Shown here in pieces: positions 1 through 11,200 of a DNA stretch of 64,000 bases (positions within the stretch are counted from its first letter, which is position 1; each line of letters starts with the position of its first letter). Below the pieces are notes generated by a model. The model worked only from the letters and a program-made list of their open reading frames with translations. It made no database searches and had not been told where the DNA came from. Where the stretch lies: positions 32,001 through 96,000 of the IMG/VR virus record IMGVR_UViG_3300036985_006248. One strand, written 5' to 3'. A program made the position numbers and the translations under genes. The DNA comes from a virus.

Positions 1-2
1 TT

Positions 3-1241
3 ATAATCCGTTTCTGTAACCGCTCTACTTTGTGAAGAGAAAGAGTTCTCGATTCTTTTTTTCAATTCCTCAGAGTCAATCGTAGTCGTATCACCAAGCA
101 ATGGAGTTTGGTTAATGACTTCTAAACTTTCTTTTACAGAAGTAGAAACAGCAGATGACAGATTTTCTTGATTGCCAAATTCAAAGACCGGTGAAATGAC
201 CTTTGTTAAAATCCCAGAGGCAAAATTAACTGTATTTCCAGTATTATTATATCTATAAGTAACGATTAAGTCGGTGTTTGAAGGTGAAATGCCCATCTTG
301 TCGCTGTTTAAAAGCTTACTTGGATCAAAGTAATCGCTCGATATATAATCTTTGCCAAAGATATCCAGTACAACATCCGTTGGTTCAGCCAACATATTAT
401 CTCTATCAATAATAGTAACATCTGAACTAGCGCCAAACTGTATAGCGGTTGTGCGTAGGTTTTTGTCCACCACAAATCTTCTTGGTACCATAAATGGCTT
501 AAGCACTTCTTTTGCTAATGCAGCATCGTTTAAATCACGATTTGTTACAGAGCGATAAATTATATTTTGTGAAAGATTATCTACTTCAAAGTATTGGTTA
601 CCTTCTAAATCATACACGGAAAGAATTTCGATAATATCTTGTTGTGATAATTTCACGTTTAAGTAACGTTTATAGTCTCCAACGGAGATTCTTTCTGAGG
701 ACACTATGCCAGAAATCACGGTTCCTTGCGCCTTAACCGCATAAAACAAAGGAGCGCCTGTGTTTGGGTCTGTGATACTCACTCTTATTTCATTTCGTGG
801 ATTATCGAAGCGCACGTCTTCATTGAGGATAAAGCGTACACCAGATTTTGTGGAGAAAGAACTGCCTTTCTTTAAGATTGGTGCATATTCGAACATAGGA
901 GCCAAACTTATCGAATTTGATGGAACAGATATAAAAAAGGTTGCAATACCGGTCGAAGAATTGGTATTTGCAAACTTGTAACCGACCTGCTTACCAAGCT
1001 TAATAATATTCTGAAATTCTACCGCTGTATCTAAGAAGCTTTCGTTTGCTTGATAATCCAAGTAAAAAGATAGGATATCGCCAATATATGCTGTGGTGTC
1101 AAGCATCAGGGAGCCGAACGAGGCTTCATTAAAATCCTTATATACATCAGAATAATAACGCTTCGCGTGCTCGACGAGATCGTTTTTTATGCTTTCAAAG
1201 TCTCTGCTTGTATAGTTTATTGGCACTATTTTTTTAGTCAT
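3..1241 (-). CDS. Baseplate wedge subunit, T4 gp6-like (partial, runs off the window edge)
   Basis: Manual translation from ATG at 1241 gives MTKKIVPINYTSRDFESIKNDL...YKDFNEASFGSLMLDTTAYIGDILSFYLDYQANESFLDTA, a typical gp6/BppJ N-terminus. It lies next to a gp25-like gene. Confidence 0.85.
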   Translation of the reverse strand, partial: MTKKIVPINYTSRDFESIKNDLVEHAKRYYSDVYKDFNEASFGSLMLDTTAYIGDILSFYLDYQANESFLDTAVEFQNIIKLGKQVGYKFANTNSSTGIATFFISVPSNSISLAPMFEYAPILKKGSSFSTKSGVRFILNEDVRFDNPRNEIRVSITDPNTGAPLFYAVKAQGTVISGIVSSERISVGDYKRYLNVKLSQQDIIEILSVYDLEGNQYFEVDNLSQNIIYRSVTNRDLNDAALAKEVLKPFMVPRRFVVDKNLRTTAIQFGASSDVTIIDRDNMLAEPTDVVLDIFGKDYISSDYFDPSKLLNSDKMGISPSNTDLIVTYRYNNTGNTVNFASGILTKVISPVFEFGNQENLSSAVSTSVKESLEVINQTPLLGDTTTIDSEELKKRIENSFSSQSRAVTETDY

Positions 1242-1270
1242 TTATTTTTTCCCTCAATATTATAAATAGA

Positions 1271-1648
1271 CTAAGAAACGATATTTAGTTCGTCTTCTAC
1301 GCTTAATGCAGCCACTGAATATCTAATATTCAAAAACATGGTGTTTTCTTCATTACTACCGGGCTCAGAGATATTTATTTCTTCTATTGTTATATAACTT
1401 AAATATCTAGCAACCTGCGCCGCTATTCTCCCTTGCAATTCCTCTCTGGAAGGTCTATTGTCTTGTTCAAATAAAAAGCGTCGAATCCCAATACCAAATT
1501 GGGTATCCATCATTCTTTCACCCGGATTGGTCAATAGAAGCATCTTTAAGTTTTGTTTTATTGTTTCAACCAATGTTTTATTAAGACCATAAAGACCATC
1601 TTCGGTATAATCGTAAGCTAGTGGTAATTTTGGAGAATAACCTTGCAT
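1271..1648 (-). CDS. Baseplate wedge protein, gp25/GPW family
   Basis: IKQNLKMLLLTNPGERMMDTQFGIGIRRFLFE motif. Confidence 0.9.
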   Translation of the reverse strand: MQGYSPKLPLAYDYTEDGLYGLNKTLVETIKQNLKMLLLTNPGERMMDTQFGIGIRRFLFEQDNRPSREELQGRIAAQVARYLSYITIEEINISEPGSNEENTMFLNIRYSVAALSVEDELNIVS

Positions 1649-1678
1649 ATTGTGCCTTTTAATACATGTATAAAATTA

Positions 1679-4600
1679 TTAGTTAAGCCCCCCAGAAGGG
1701 TCGTCGCGTTCAGCTAAGTATATTTTAGCAGAAATAATCGATCTATTTACCGCAGTGGTATATTTTGGATCTTGTAAGCTGGTAATCTCATGATTATTTC
1801 CTGCTGAATTTACTTCAACATTAATTAGTGTCTTTAAGGATATTAATTCTGTTGCGGTACTGAACATTGCACCTATAGTGCTGCGCTCATACGTAGCCGC
1901 CTGTACTCTTACTAACACACTTTCTCTTATTTGTGCCGGTGTAAGCTCCTGTGGGGTCGGTGGTGCATTATCACTTGACACTTGGGCATTGAGTTGACTC
2001 GTTATTCTACCGCCTGCGCCGCGAGGCGTGGCTGTGTTTACGACTTCTTCTACGGTAGCTGCGGCACCGAAACCTTGTTGAGTTGTTTGTGGAGCTACGG
2101 TCAATGTATTAGTTGAAATAATTCTCGACGGCAATACCGGTAAACGCTTTTGTGAAGTAGCGTTTATTACCGCAGCATCTTCTTCTAGCTTATACTTTCC
2201 AGTTTGGATGGGGTTACTACGGTCAAGATAATACAAGTCTTGGTTAAATGTGTCTTTGCAAACAACTCCAGCGGCAGACGACATATTCTTTTCTAGATTT
2301 GAGCTAGCATCGTTTACCATATCATCCAGAGGCTTTTCATCATACCAAGCTAAAGTAGCAAAATAAGCAATTGCTAATAGCGGGTTAGTAAACGGCAATG
2401 GACAAGTGAATGGAGAAATTATTGTACCAAGTGGAATAGAAACGGCTGGTATAATAAAGGACGGCAACTTAGGCACAAAGATTCTTGCAACTTTAAATGC
2501 AGTGGAGGTGAGCGCAATATTAGGCTCTGTAATTTCTGCCATGCCCTTAATGATACCAATCGGAGTTTTAAACAAGGTCTGAACTATAAAGCCCATGATT
2601 ATTTCCATCGGGTCTACGGCCATTGATTGTGCATCATTTGGGTTTTTAGCTATTTCTTGCCCATTTGCTTGTATTACCTTGCAAGTTGTCATTATATCGT
2701 TTTTAGTACCACGGAAGACATTATTGACTAATTGTTTTCTCGTGCAGGTAGACAAGCAATTTAAAATAAAGAAATTATTAAGAGTATGAGAAATTGGAAA
2801 TAGAAATTTAAACAAGAAATCAAATTCCGGGTCACTAATAAACGCTTTCAATAAATCGTTGCCTTCTAGGAATGTTCCTCTTGCGTTTTTAGATTCATAA
2901 ATCTTTTGGTATATAAATACGTCCGGTCTGCTTCCTACCGCAACTGGGGCATATTTTAATTTCAACTTAATATAAACTCCAGTACCACTCACAGAAATAA
3001 CATCCATGTTAGCTATATCATCGTTTAGATTGATGAGGTTTATAGGATTATCTTTTGGAGTATTACCTACTAAGGCGAGGTTTGTATCCGCATTAATTCT
3101 CTTGGCAAGTTTTGGTAATACATAATTCTTTAATTCCTTTCCTACTAAGTCTCTAAATAATTGTGATTTTTTATTTTCTTCATTTACTGTCTTGGCATCT
3201 GGATTTTTATCTTTGTATGACCTGAATAAAAACTCGCTTAATAGAACAAAGAATGCATTGTCTGTTGAACGCATTTCAGACTCAACCATTTTTGCCATGA
3301 AAGATATAAAGGCTGGTTCGTCTCTTAGTGATTGTGGATCATAGTACCCAAAGATTGATATACCTCTCAGCAGAATATCATGCAAGAAGATTCTTGTTGT
3401 CAAATCATACATTCCGCGTAACATAGAATTTTGGGTAGAAGTTGTTTCTATCTCTTTTAATTCATCGGGATTTATTGGTTTGTTACCAACAACTCTGCTA
3501 TCGGCAATTTTTTCAATACAGAGATTGCTAGACTTCTCATCAGCTATGTTATTTTTTATTGAATCGATATCAAGATAATGTGGTCTTATACCACAAGCTT
3601 TTTGGTTTGCTGTCTGTTTAACAACCAGTTTTAAATATTGAGTATACGGTTGCCCAGAACCAGATTCTGTAGCCGCAGAAACTTGATCACTACTGAGATC
3701 TTTTAGGAGAAGAAATTTATTGTCTTTAGACAAAATCTTATTAGATATATTTTTATAGATTCTATCATTCAAATCTTCAAAGCAAACGTAAATATATTCT
3801 CTAGGTTCATCCACGGGTGTGCCCATTAATGTGCCTTGCTTATTTATAAAGCCATATTTTTCTTGTTTATTTTTTATATATCGAGTAAAGATATTCGCTT
3901 TGCTGTTTGGAACTAAAATTCTGCGGGAAGCTGATCCCCTTCCGGAAGCTGATCCACTTCCTACAAAGAGATCAGTGATGTACTGATTTATATCGCTTGA
4001 AACATTATTTATTTCTGTGATTTTAATAAAGTTCTTTTTATTTTTTTGTATTTTAAGCTTTTGAATATCATAAAAACGGGTTCCATCAAACATTGGTACC
4101 GATAACGTATCATTAACTTTAAGATTATCTATTCCTGTTTGGTAATCTACATCAAAATCAGGATAGTTAATTTTTACTTTAAGCATTGTTCTATAAAAAC
4201 TTTTAACATTTACGTAATTGGTTGTGATATCAAGCAATTCTTGCGGCTGAAATCCTAAGCCATTAATGATGGCGCTTCTTACGTTGACGTTGGTTAATAA
4301 CATTTCACATATAACAAGGTAAATAGCTGTGCCATTTTCTGCTGCGAAGAACCCATTTGCCTCTTGGGCATCGCCTATTCCCAATACTTTATATGCGTCT
4401 TTTAGTTTAAATCTTAGTTCTTCTGCATCAGCCACATTACTTCTTAGAAAAGAATCGATAGTGTATAATAAGCCAACTAGAGGACTTAGATCTTTAAATG
4501 CCTTAGATGAAGAAATGTCATACGCTTCATTAATCGACAAATTCTTAACAGCGTTGGAAATATCTTGCCCATGAACACGTAAAACTTCTTTCCATAATTT

Positions 4601-7600
4601 CTTCGCAAATCCTAATAGACGTATTTCTTCGGTCTGTATCTTTTCAGTAAGTTGAGTATCGATAAAGTTTAAATCTAGCTTTAATTGATCGTTACCATTT
4701 ATATTGTTAGAATATAATATGTATGATGCGTCCCCAAGGTTTTTAAACTTGACTGGCTCTGAAGCGGGGTTACTTAATAAATCTTTGAAAATAAAAGATG
4801 GTAATTTGGTTTCCTCAATACCGGTTGAAGCACTGCCAGATAATGCTTCATATTCCTTGCGTTCCGCTTCAGACGCCTTGGGAGAATTAGCTTTAAGAGA
4901 TAATGTTTGATTTTTATCAATAGTTATTTCACTAGCCGGTATAGTAACTATTTCACCCTCGTGTTGTGCGTCTCCTAAATTAAATTTTAGTATATTGGGC
5001 TTGGAAGACTTTACGGAATAGGAAGTCTTATACCATTCTTCTGCTTCTCTATCAAAGCTGTCATAAACACTTCTTAGCATTGAATTAAGCATGTTTGTAA
5101 AGCTTTGCATAGAAGGAGCAATTGTCTCCCCACTAGGAAAAATTTTGCATCCTAAATCTGGAACTTGAGAAAAATCAAATGGGTTATCTGAATTCAGTAA
5201 TTTTAATACATCTTCTAACGCTTTTATTTCATCGTTCTTTAAGGATTCTAACGCTGCGTCAATCAAATCCGGGGTCAATCCATGATCAGCAAGAATTTGT
5301 TCTCTTAATTTTTTTACTGAACCATCATCGCATAGAATATTTATTCCACTATTTGCTGAAGAAGGTGTTTCTGGGGATAAAATATCTGTGCATATTGTCA
5401 AATCTAGTTTATTACCCAATGCCCTAAAGAAACGAGCTACTTGCTCTCTTGTACCAAAAGCCTCTGAGAACGGTGAACCATATTTTCTTTTTACTAGGGA
5501 AATAATTACTTGGTAAACTTCATCGTTAACGGTTGAACCGCTATATAGGGAGCACATCTCTTTTAAGGACATACAAGCTGTTATATCTTGAATGATATTT
5601 TTAAACTTTTCCATCGCAGCTTCTTTTTCTGCGGCTGACATTACACCGGACGCTGAATTGAGCGGGCTCAACGATTCGTTGAATACATCACTTAAAGCCG
5701 TATCAGCAGCGGCGGGGGATGAACCAAAAGGGTTAGCAGGACTTCCAGATGCATTAAAATTTGCATTAGGATTGGATGTACAGGCTTTTGCTGCTGCCTC
5801 TAATGCTTTTTGTATTCCAAAAGAGATTAAGTCGTTTATTATTTTAATAAATATTGTTTCTAACTCTCGTGCTAATGTTTCGCTTGGATTATATGCTTTC
5901 AAAACAGGCAACTCAAACCCGTTAATAAATTTCAAACCATTTTTTAAATATGTGTTGTAGACAGAACCGGATAATATCTGTTCAATGAATTCTTGTGCAT
6001 CCTTATATTTATCCATTAGTTTCAACAAATCTTCTATTGGAATTGGTTGTGATAAGCACTGTGCAGCAACACCTAGAAACTTTGCCCAATCTAATGATTT
6101 TGCTATTGAAATATATTTAGCTAATTTATCTTTTGGAGATACACCCGGCATAGTATCTATACCAAATAGAATTCTCATATTTTTGTCTTTAATTAAATCT
6201 CGCTCTAGTATAGAGCGCATAAAGAGATCGCCTTCGATTTTTATTTTATTTTTTTCGTATGCCTTATTAATATTTAGCCACTTACTTCTTTCTGCCCGTT
6301 CCCGAATAGAATTCAAGTCAGCCACTCTCGTGCCAGTATCAATTATTGAGTTGAACAAATCAAGCGTTTGCTCGGTCATATCAATAATGGTAGGGTAATG
6401 CTTTGTTGTTAAAAAGTTTCTTATTTGTTTATCTATATCGGCAGACAACGTGGATAAAGAGGCGACACTGCCCGCTACAGAGCCCAACAAAGACGTGGCA
6501 TTATCTGCCACTGAGCCTAACAAAGACGTGGCATTAGCTGCCACTGAGGAGGTCGAATTAAGAGTGGAGAAGGCGTTGCTTATTATCGAAGTTGAATCAT
6601 CGGCTAGAGAAACAGTATCCGAAATTGAATTAGATAAATCTGTTGTTACCGAAGAAGATAAATTTTGAGCTTTTTCAACTATATCTTGTAAATGCAGTGG
6701 ATCAGGTGCGTCTTTTATAGGATCAAAAGACATGCAATAATTAATTGTTGTTTTATTTAAAACTTCGGGCGATCTTAAATAAGCGAGCCAGCCCGTATTT
6801 AAAGTATACTGTCTACCTTGTGAATAATATTTGACTGCTTTAAGAGTTATTGTTTTTTTATCGATAATAAAATCTAAAGAATTTTCCCATACTAATTCAG
6901 GTGGCAAAAGAAAATTTACACTAGTGCTTTTAATCTTTTGAGGCTGGTTGACAGATATCAGTTTGTTAGTTGATTCAACAAACATTTTTATGTTACCTAT
7001 TTCGGATAATAAATTAAGTCCAACATCTGGGGCGATAATCCATAATTTTGTTAATAATGCGGCTTGATACATTCCCAAGGTTAAAGTTAAATTATCAAAG
7101 AAAAACTTATATTTTTGATAATTTTCAAATTTTAGTACAAAATCGGTATCTATTACTGGGGTGTTTTGCGATATATCTGTTGCTATACTATCATCAGATA
7201 CCATATCAGGTGTAGGAATCGAGGTACCCGTTGTGTTAGTCAACCCCCGCCCGCCGACGTCGGTTTTGGCATATAAATAACGTTTTGGTATCGCCACGGC
7301 AACTCTTAGAGTAGAGCAAGGACGAACATCTATGTACCAATCTTCAGCAGTGGAAAATGAATAAAAATCATTTAGCAACTCTCGTAATTGTTGTTCATCA
7401 TATTTAAAACCGGTATGGTCTAGGATGAGTTTGGTGCCCTTTTTTCTAGCCTCATCCATATGAGCGGCGAGGGCGGTAGAATCTCCCACCACTACCGTGT
7501 CTTCTAGCTCACAATGGACAATAAAAGCACCATTACGTGTATCTTCATAAGGTATATTTGGTGTCTGTGCTTTCCAATTAATTTCTGGCGCTGTTATATC

Positions 7601-7897
7601 AGGCAGATTCTTGGCTTCGCCGTTTACAGAAAAGAAAGACTTATGTTCTGGTAGCGGTGCTATAGTGCCCAAAAACTCTATGTAGCCGATGCGTTGATCG
7701 CTTGTTTTAATCTTGCACCATTTGCCTCCTGAGCCTATACCGTGTTCGTAAACAAAGATCACTTCCCCATCTTGTAAAATAGAAGAACTCTCTTTATTAA
7801 GAAAAAATTCTTCTTCTGTAAAAAAAAATACAGGAGAAAACACAACGTGCGTTGGAAAATTCTTCAGCGGTACTTTGATAGAGTTTGGATTGAACAT
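1679..7897 (-). CDS. Very large (2072 aa) putative virion/baseplate-associated protein
   Basis: Long ORF inside the baseplate operon; no catalytic motif recognised. Confidence 0.5.
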   Translation of the reverse strand: MFNPNSIKVPLKNFPTHVVFSPVFFFTEEEFFLNKESSSILQDGEVIFVYEHGIGSGGKWCKIKTSDQRIGYIEFLGTIAPLPEHKSFFSVNGEAKNLPDITAPEINWKAQTPNIPYEDTRNGAFIVHCELEDTVVVGDSTALAAHMDEARKKGTKLILDHTGFKYDEQQLRELLNDFYSFSTAEDWYIDVRPCSTLRVAVAIPKRYLYAKTDVGGRGLTNTTGTSIPTPDMVSDDSIATDISQNTPVIDTDFVLKFENYQKYKFFFDNLTLTLGMYQAALLTKLWIIAPDVGLNLLSEIGNIKMFVESTNKLISVNQPQKIKSTSVNFLLPPELVWENSLDFIIDKKTITLKAVKYYSQGRQYTLNTGWLAYLRSPEVLNKTTINYCMSFDPIKDAPDPLHLQDIVEKAQNLSSSVTTDLSNSISDTVSLADDSTSIISNAFSTLNSTSSVAANATSLLGSVADNATSLLGSVAGSVASLSTLSADIDKQIRNFLTTKHYPTIIDMTEQTLDLFNSIIDTGTRVADLNSIRERAERSKWLNINKAYEKNKIKIEGDLFMRSILERDLIKDKNMRILFGIDTMPGVSPKDKLAKYISIAKSLDWAKFLGVAAQCLSQPIPIEDLLKLMDKYKDAQEFIEQILSGSVYNTYLKNGLKFINGFELPVLKAYNPSETLARELETIFIKIINDLISFGIQKALEAAAKACTSNPNANFNASGSPANPFGSSPAAADTALSDVFNESLSPLNSASGVMSAAEKEAAMEKFKNIIQDITACMSLKEMCSLYSGSTVNDEVYQVIISLVKRKYGSPFSEAFGTREQVARFFRALGNKLDLTICTDILSPETPSSANSGINILCDDGSVKKLREQILADHGLTPDLIDAALESLKNDEIKALEDVLKLLNSDNPFDFSQVPDLGCKIFPSGETIAPSMQSFTNMLNSMLRSVYDSFDREAEEWYKTSYSVKSSKPNILKFNLGDAQHEGEIVTIPASEITIDKNQTLSLKANSPKASEAERKEYEALSGSASTGIEETKLPSFIFKDLLSNPASEPVKFKNLGDASYILYSNNINGNDQLKLDLNFIDTQLTEKIQTEEIRLLGFAKKLWKEVLRVHGQDISNAVKNLSINEAYDISSSKAFKDLSPLVGLLYTIDSFLRSNVADAEELRFKLKDAYKVLGIGDAQEANGFFAAENGTAIYLVICEMLLTNVNVRSAIINGLGFQPQELLDITTNYVNVKSFYRTMLKVKINYPDFDVDYQTGIDNLKVNDTLSVPMFDGTRFYDIQKLKIQKNKKNFIKITEINNVSSDINQYITDLFVGSGSASGRGSASRRILVPNSKANIFTRYIKNKQEKYGFINKQGTLMGTPVDEPREYIYVCFEDLNDRIYKNISNKILSKDNKFLLLKDLSSDQVSAATESGSGQPYTQYLKLVVKQTANQKACGIRPHYLDIDSIKNNIADEKSSNLCIEKIADSRVVGNKPINPDELKEIETTSTQNSMLRGMYDLTTRIFLHDILLRGISIFGYYDPQSLRDEPAFISFMAKMVESEMRSTDNAFFVLLSEFLFRSYKDKNPDAKTVNEENKKSQLFRDLVGKELKNYVLPKLAKRINADTNLALVGNTPKDNPINLINLNDDIANMDVISVSGTGVYIKLKLKYAPVAVGSRPDVFIYQKIYESKNARGTFLEGNDLLKAFISDPEFDFLFKFLFPISHTLNNFFILNCLSTCTRKQLVNNVFRGTKNDIMTTCKVIQANGQEIAKNPNDAQSMAVDPMEIIMGFIVQTLFKTPIGIIKGMAEITEPNIALTSTAFKVARIFVPKLPSFIIPAVSIPLGTIISPFTCPLPFTNPLLAIAYFATLAWYDEKPLDDMVNDASSNLEKNMSSAAGVVCKDTFNQDLYYLDRSNPIQTGKYKLEEDAAVINATSQKRLPVLPSRIISTNTLTVAPQTTQQGFGAAATVEEVVNTATPRGAGGRITSQLNAQVSSDNAPPTPQELTPAQIRESVLVRVQAATYERSTIGAMFSTATELISLKTLINVEVNSAGNNHEITSLQDPKYTTAVNRSIISAKIYLAERDDPSGGLN

Positions 7898-7900
7898 ATT

Positions 7901-8785
7901 TTAATTTAAATAGTGGTAAGAACTGTTTATATATCGGCTGCCAGAAGATCTAACATATTTTGTCTTCCAAGCCTCAAAGTTATTAGTGTTAAACTTTAGT
8001 CCCGTCTCAGTTTGTATGAATTGTTGCAATAAAACCATTTTATGATCCACATACAAAAAAGGGTCTAGAGAAGTCTCTTGACCATAAAATGGTGAAAAGT
8101 GCGTATGGTCTGAGATTGAATCGTTGAACTTCTGTTGAGACTTTAAAAAAGACATTACGATACCATTTAATTCTTGTATATGTTCTATTAGTTCATCAAA
8201 AGCATTCACTAAATTATCACCTTTTGGAATAGGCTGCATGTCACTTGAGTCATTGTTAGCTATCATCTGTACACCATAGCCGGTATATGCTTCTTTACCA
8301 TTTGATAATTTTGAATCTGTGTTAGTTACCAATTTAAGTGAGTCTCTTGCTATAATTCTGACGGCATCGGCTTTTAGAACCGCTGCGGATAGAGCCATAG
8401 ATTGTCCTGTTAGCCCATCCGATATACTATAATATGTATCTATATCTGCCTTTTGACTTAGATATAACCGCGCAGCATCAGCACCAGTGCTTGGATTAAC
8501 CGGTCCCCTGAAGATTCTTGAATCTACTGAGGAAAGTCTGCCGGTGACTATATCAATGCATCCAGCTTTTACATGTCCCATACCGCCATATCCGCTGTTC
8601 CAACCACCGGGTCTATCACGACCAAACACTATCCAAGTATTATCTTGTCCTTCAATGACTTTTTCTGAAGTGGTAGAATTGAATTTTGGATTATTGCTAG
8701 GATCAAAAAGCGCAGAACCACGATGGCCCAGTTCTGCATTAATGCTCCCTGTATTTACATCGTTATAGTTCGTTGCTAATGGCAT
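7901..8785 (-). CDS. Putative baseplate hub/spike protein (gp5 C-terminal-like)
   Basis: Position upstream of gp25/gp6, beta-strand-rich repeats and a C-terminal HTH(F) metal-binding-like motif. Confidence 0.5.
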   Translation of the reverse strand: MPLATNYNDVNTGSINAELGHRGSALFDPSNNPKFNSTTSEKVIEGQDNTWIVFGRDRPGGWNSGYGGMGHVKAGCIDIVTGRLSSVDSRIFRGPVNPSTGADAARLYLSQKADIDTYYSISDGLTGQSMALSAAVLKADAVRIIARDSLKLVTNTDSKLSNGKEAYTGYGVQMIANNDSSDMQPIPKGDNLVNAFDELIEHIQELNGIVMSFLKSQQKFNDSISDHTHFSPFYGQETSLDPFLYVDHKMVLLQQFIQTETGLKFNTNNFEAWKTKYVRSSGSRYINSSYHYLN

Positions 8786-8790
8786 GCTTA

Positions 8791-9957
8791 TTATTTTCCT
8801 TCATCCTTTTGTTCTTGTGCGACTGTGGGATTTGCGGGAATAATGCTTTTATATACCCAGTGCCAAGGTTCATTAACACCACTTCCTTCTATGTTGTCAA
8901 ATCCAAATTTGACTGCATTTTCAACCATCCAACGATAGGCTGGATGTTTCCCCATATCTCCCTCATATCTGTTTTTTTCAGCTTTATGTACTCCAACATC
9001 AATATCTACAGCAGTGCCATTTTGATGATTGCTAAAGCCGGGGAATGCTGCAACCCCGATATTCTGACCGTTGGGAGTCAGGGGATCCACCTCGCGTTTT
9101 TTAAAATCAGCCTTCATCAAAAGATGTTGTTCATATTTCATACCGGTAAAATATTTACTTACATACCTGTCATTATAAAGGCTTATTTGTAATTGCTGGT
9201 CCCTAAAGCCACTAGATGCTACTATTCTTATATTTGTTTTGGCAGCTTCTTCACAAAGCGCATTAAATTTGTCAGCAGCTTCGACCCACATTCGCGCGCT
9301 GTGATACGAAACAATTGTTTTTAAAGGAATTCTTTTTATAAAGCTTCCTTTTATGTATTGTTCGCCTTCAACAATGTCGTCTGGTATTTTTCCTATAATC
9401 ACTGGACCTCCTAGTTTTTCCGCGCGGCCACTAATGGCAGATTTAGCGGAACTAGCTTCATTGTTTGCTATAGAAACATCTATCGTTTCAGAAAAAGTAT
9501 ATTCTATAACTTTATCTTGATAACTATTATTGGTTATCCATACAATACTTCCTACTTTTGGAGGTGTTGAGGAATAAGCGGGAGAAAGCGAATAATCATC
9601 AAGAGCATTTATTAGACGTTTATCTTCATCCAATAAATCATATGTCTTGGGCTTTTCAAATATTGAACCGGGACCGCCCATCACATAGACTTTATATTTA
9701 ATTGGAGGCAAATTTTTGTTACTAATGTTTTTTATTTCGGCTCTAGTAGAATATTCAAATTGGTTTTTTTCATTAATTTCTCTCATTACGATTCCTTGCC
9801 ATCCTTTTACGTTTTTAAACGTATCTGGGGTGTGCATGTCGGCAATGAGCCACCTAATAGAACTTTCTACTGTAGTATTTTGTACGTCTTGGGCGCGAGT
9901 TAAGGGATCTGTTTGTTCAGTATTTATTACCGGGATGTTATCTAATACGCTTGCCAT
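8791..9957 (-). CDS. Baseplate-associated protein with a C-terminal M15B (VanY-like) D,D-peptidase domain
   Basis: SGFR, PGFSNHQNGTAVD (SxHxxGxAxD) and EPWH motifs. Confidence 0.8.
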   Translation of the reverse strand: MASVLDNIPVINTEQTDPLTRAQDVQNTTVESSIRWLIADMHTPDTFKNVKGWQGIVMREINEKNQFEYSTRAEIKNISNKNLPPIKYKVYVMGGPGSIFEKPKTYDLLDEDKRLINALDDYSLSPAYSSTPPKVGSIVWITNNSYQDKVIEYTFSETIDVSIANNEASSAKSAISGRAEKLGGPVIIGKIPDDIVEGEQYIKGSFIKRIPLKTIVSYHSARMWVEAADKFNALCEEAAKTNIRIVASSGFRDQQLQISLYNDRYVSKYFTGMKYEQHLLMKADFKKREVDPLTPNGQNIGVAAFPGFSNHQNGTAVDIDVGVHKAEKNRYEGDMGKHPAYRWMVENAVKFGFDNIEGSGVNEPWHWVYKSIIPANPTVAQEQKDEGK

Positions 9958-9962
9958 AATCG

Positions 9963-10262
9963 TTAGCTCTCCTTGATTAAGTCAAAAATATCATCCTTTT
10001 CTCTTTTGGACATACCCTCTTTGCCGCCTTCTTGTCGCTGAACAATGGCAGTAAGCTTCACTAACTGTTCATTCGAACGCTGCAAGGTTTCAAGATACAT
10101 GGCAGCGATTTCACCAAAATTCTTATGTATATATTTATCTTCAGCTTCTTTATTCATATGGTCTACTAAATCTAACAATAGTTTACTAGCCATTGAGCGG
10201 TCGTTTTGAATATTTTTTGTTGTTTCTTCGATATATTCTTGCAAATTCTTTTTAGAACTCAT
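9963..10262 (-). CDS. Hypothetical protein
   Basis: ORF with RBS in the operon. Confidence 0.6.
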   Translation of the reverse strand: MSSKKNLQEYIEETTKNIQNDRSMASKLLLDLVDHMNKEAEDKYIHKNFGEIAAMYLETLQRSNEQLVKLTAIVQRQEGGKEGMSKREKDDIFDLIKES

Positions 10263-10354
10263 TTTTATACTCCTTCCTCTTTATTACATAATTAGGTAAA
10301 ATAAAGATTTATTTTATTTTTTCTATTTTTTGGAGTTGCAACGAGTGTTCTTCT

Positions 10355-11200
10355 TTAGATTTTGCCGTTGTCCCACGCCTCTTTAAAATCACGATATTTA
10401 GTTTTAAATTTCTTTAAATTATTAACAACTTGCTTTGTATTTAAATCTGTTATTTCACGCACATACAAATAGATTGCTTTTTTATTAAAGATTTCTATAT
10501 TTTCGCTTTCTTTAAAAAGAACCAATATAGCTTTATAGACCTTTATCTCGTTTTCTTTAAGACGCTTATCGAACCAACTATCCATTTCACCGTTTAAAGC
10601 TGACCAGAATTCTTCCTTTTCCCGAGAACGTAGATAAGAATCTTCGTATATCAATTCTTCTTCGTTAGAGGTGTCCTTGATATCTTCGATATAAACTTCT
10701 TTTTTAGAATTATTCTTTTTTACCTTATGGATAAACCAATTTTTCGTTATAACTGAAAAGTATGAAAACGCCTTTGAGCCTCGATTGGTGTCGTACTTAT
10801 CTAAAATAGTAGTTAAAAAGATTTTACATTCGCTTTTTAGATCTTCAATATTAGGCAAATTGTTGAATTTATAAGTATAGACTATTTTCTCCACCATTTC
10901 ATTGAATGCCGGTTGGATAAAGCTTACATACAAAAAGGTTTTACGCCCATTATCAGAAATGGACGCATATTCTAAAATAGCGTTTTCATGTACCTTGGTA
11001 AAATATTGATTCTTGCCATCTGCGCTTTTTGGTCTTATGACAGTAGACTTATGCGGTGATGAACGAGAACTATTTTTATAAGGCGTTTTAGGAAACGTTA
11101 GGGCTAACTGGTCCAATGGTAGCGGACGATTGACGGGTAGTGTCTTTTGTGGCATCTTCGTTGGTGCCTTCTTCTTTGTTTTCTTGATTTTCTTCATCAT
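10355..11200 (-). CDS. Phage late sigma factor (T4 gp55-like)
   Basis: YFTKVHENAILEY...EDLKSEC...YDTNRGSKAFSYFSVITKNWFI resembles sigma region 2 and gp55 (FDPEKS.NPFAYFT). Confidence 0.65.
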   Translation of the reverse strand: MMKKIKKTKKKAPTKMPQKTLPVNRPLPLDQLALTFPKTPYKNSSRSSPHKSTVIRPKSADGKNQYFTKVHENAILEYASISDNGRKTFLYVSFIQPAFNEMVEKIVYTYKFNNLPNIEDLKSECKIFLTTILDKYDTNRGSKAFSYFSVITKNWFIHKVKKNNSKKEVYIEDIKDTSNEEELIYEDSYLRSREKEEFWSALNGEMDSWFDKRLKENEIKVYKAILVLFKESENIEIFNKKAIYLYVREITDLNTKQVVNNLKKFKTKYRDFKEAWDNGKI

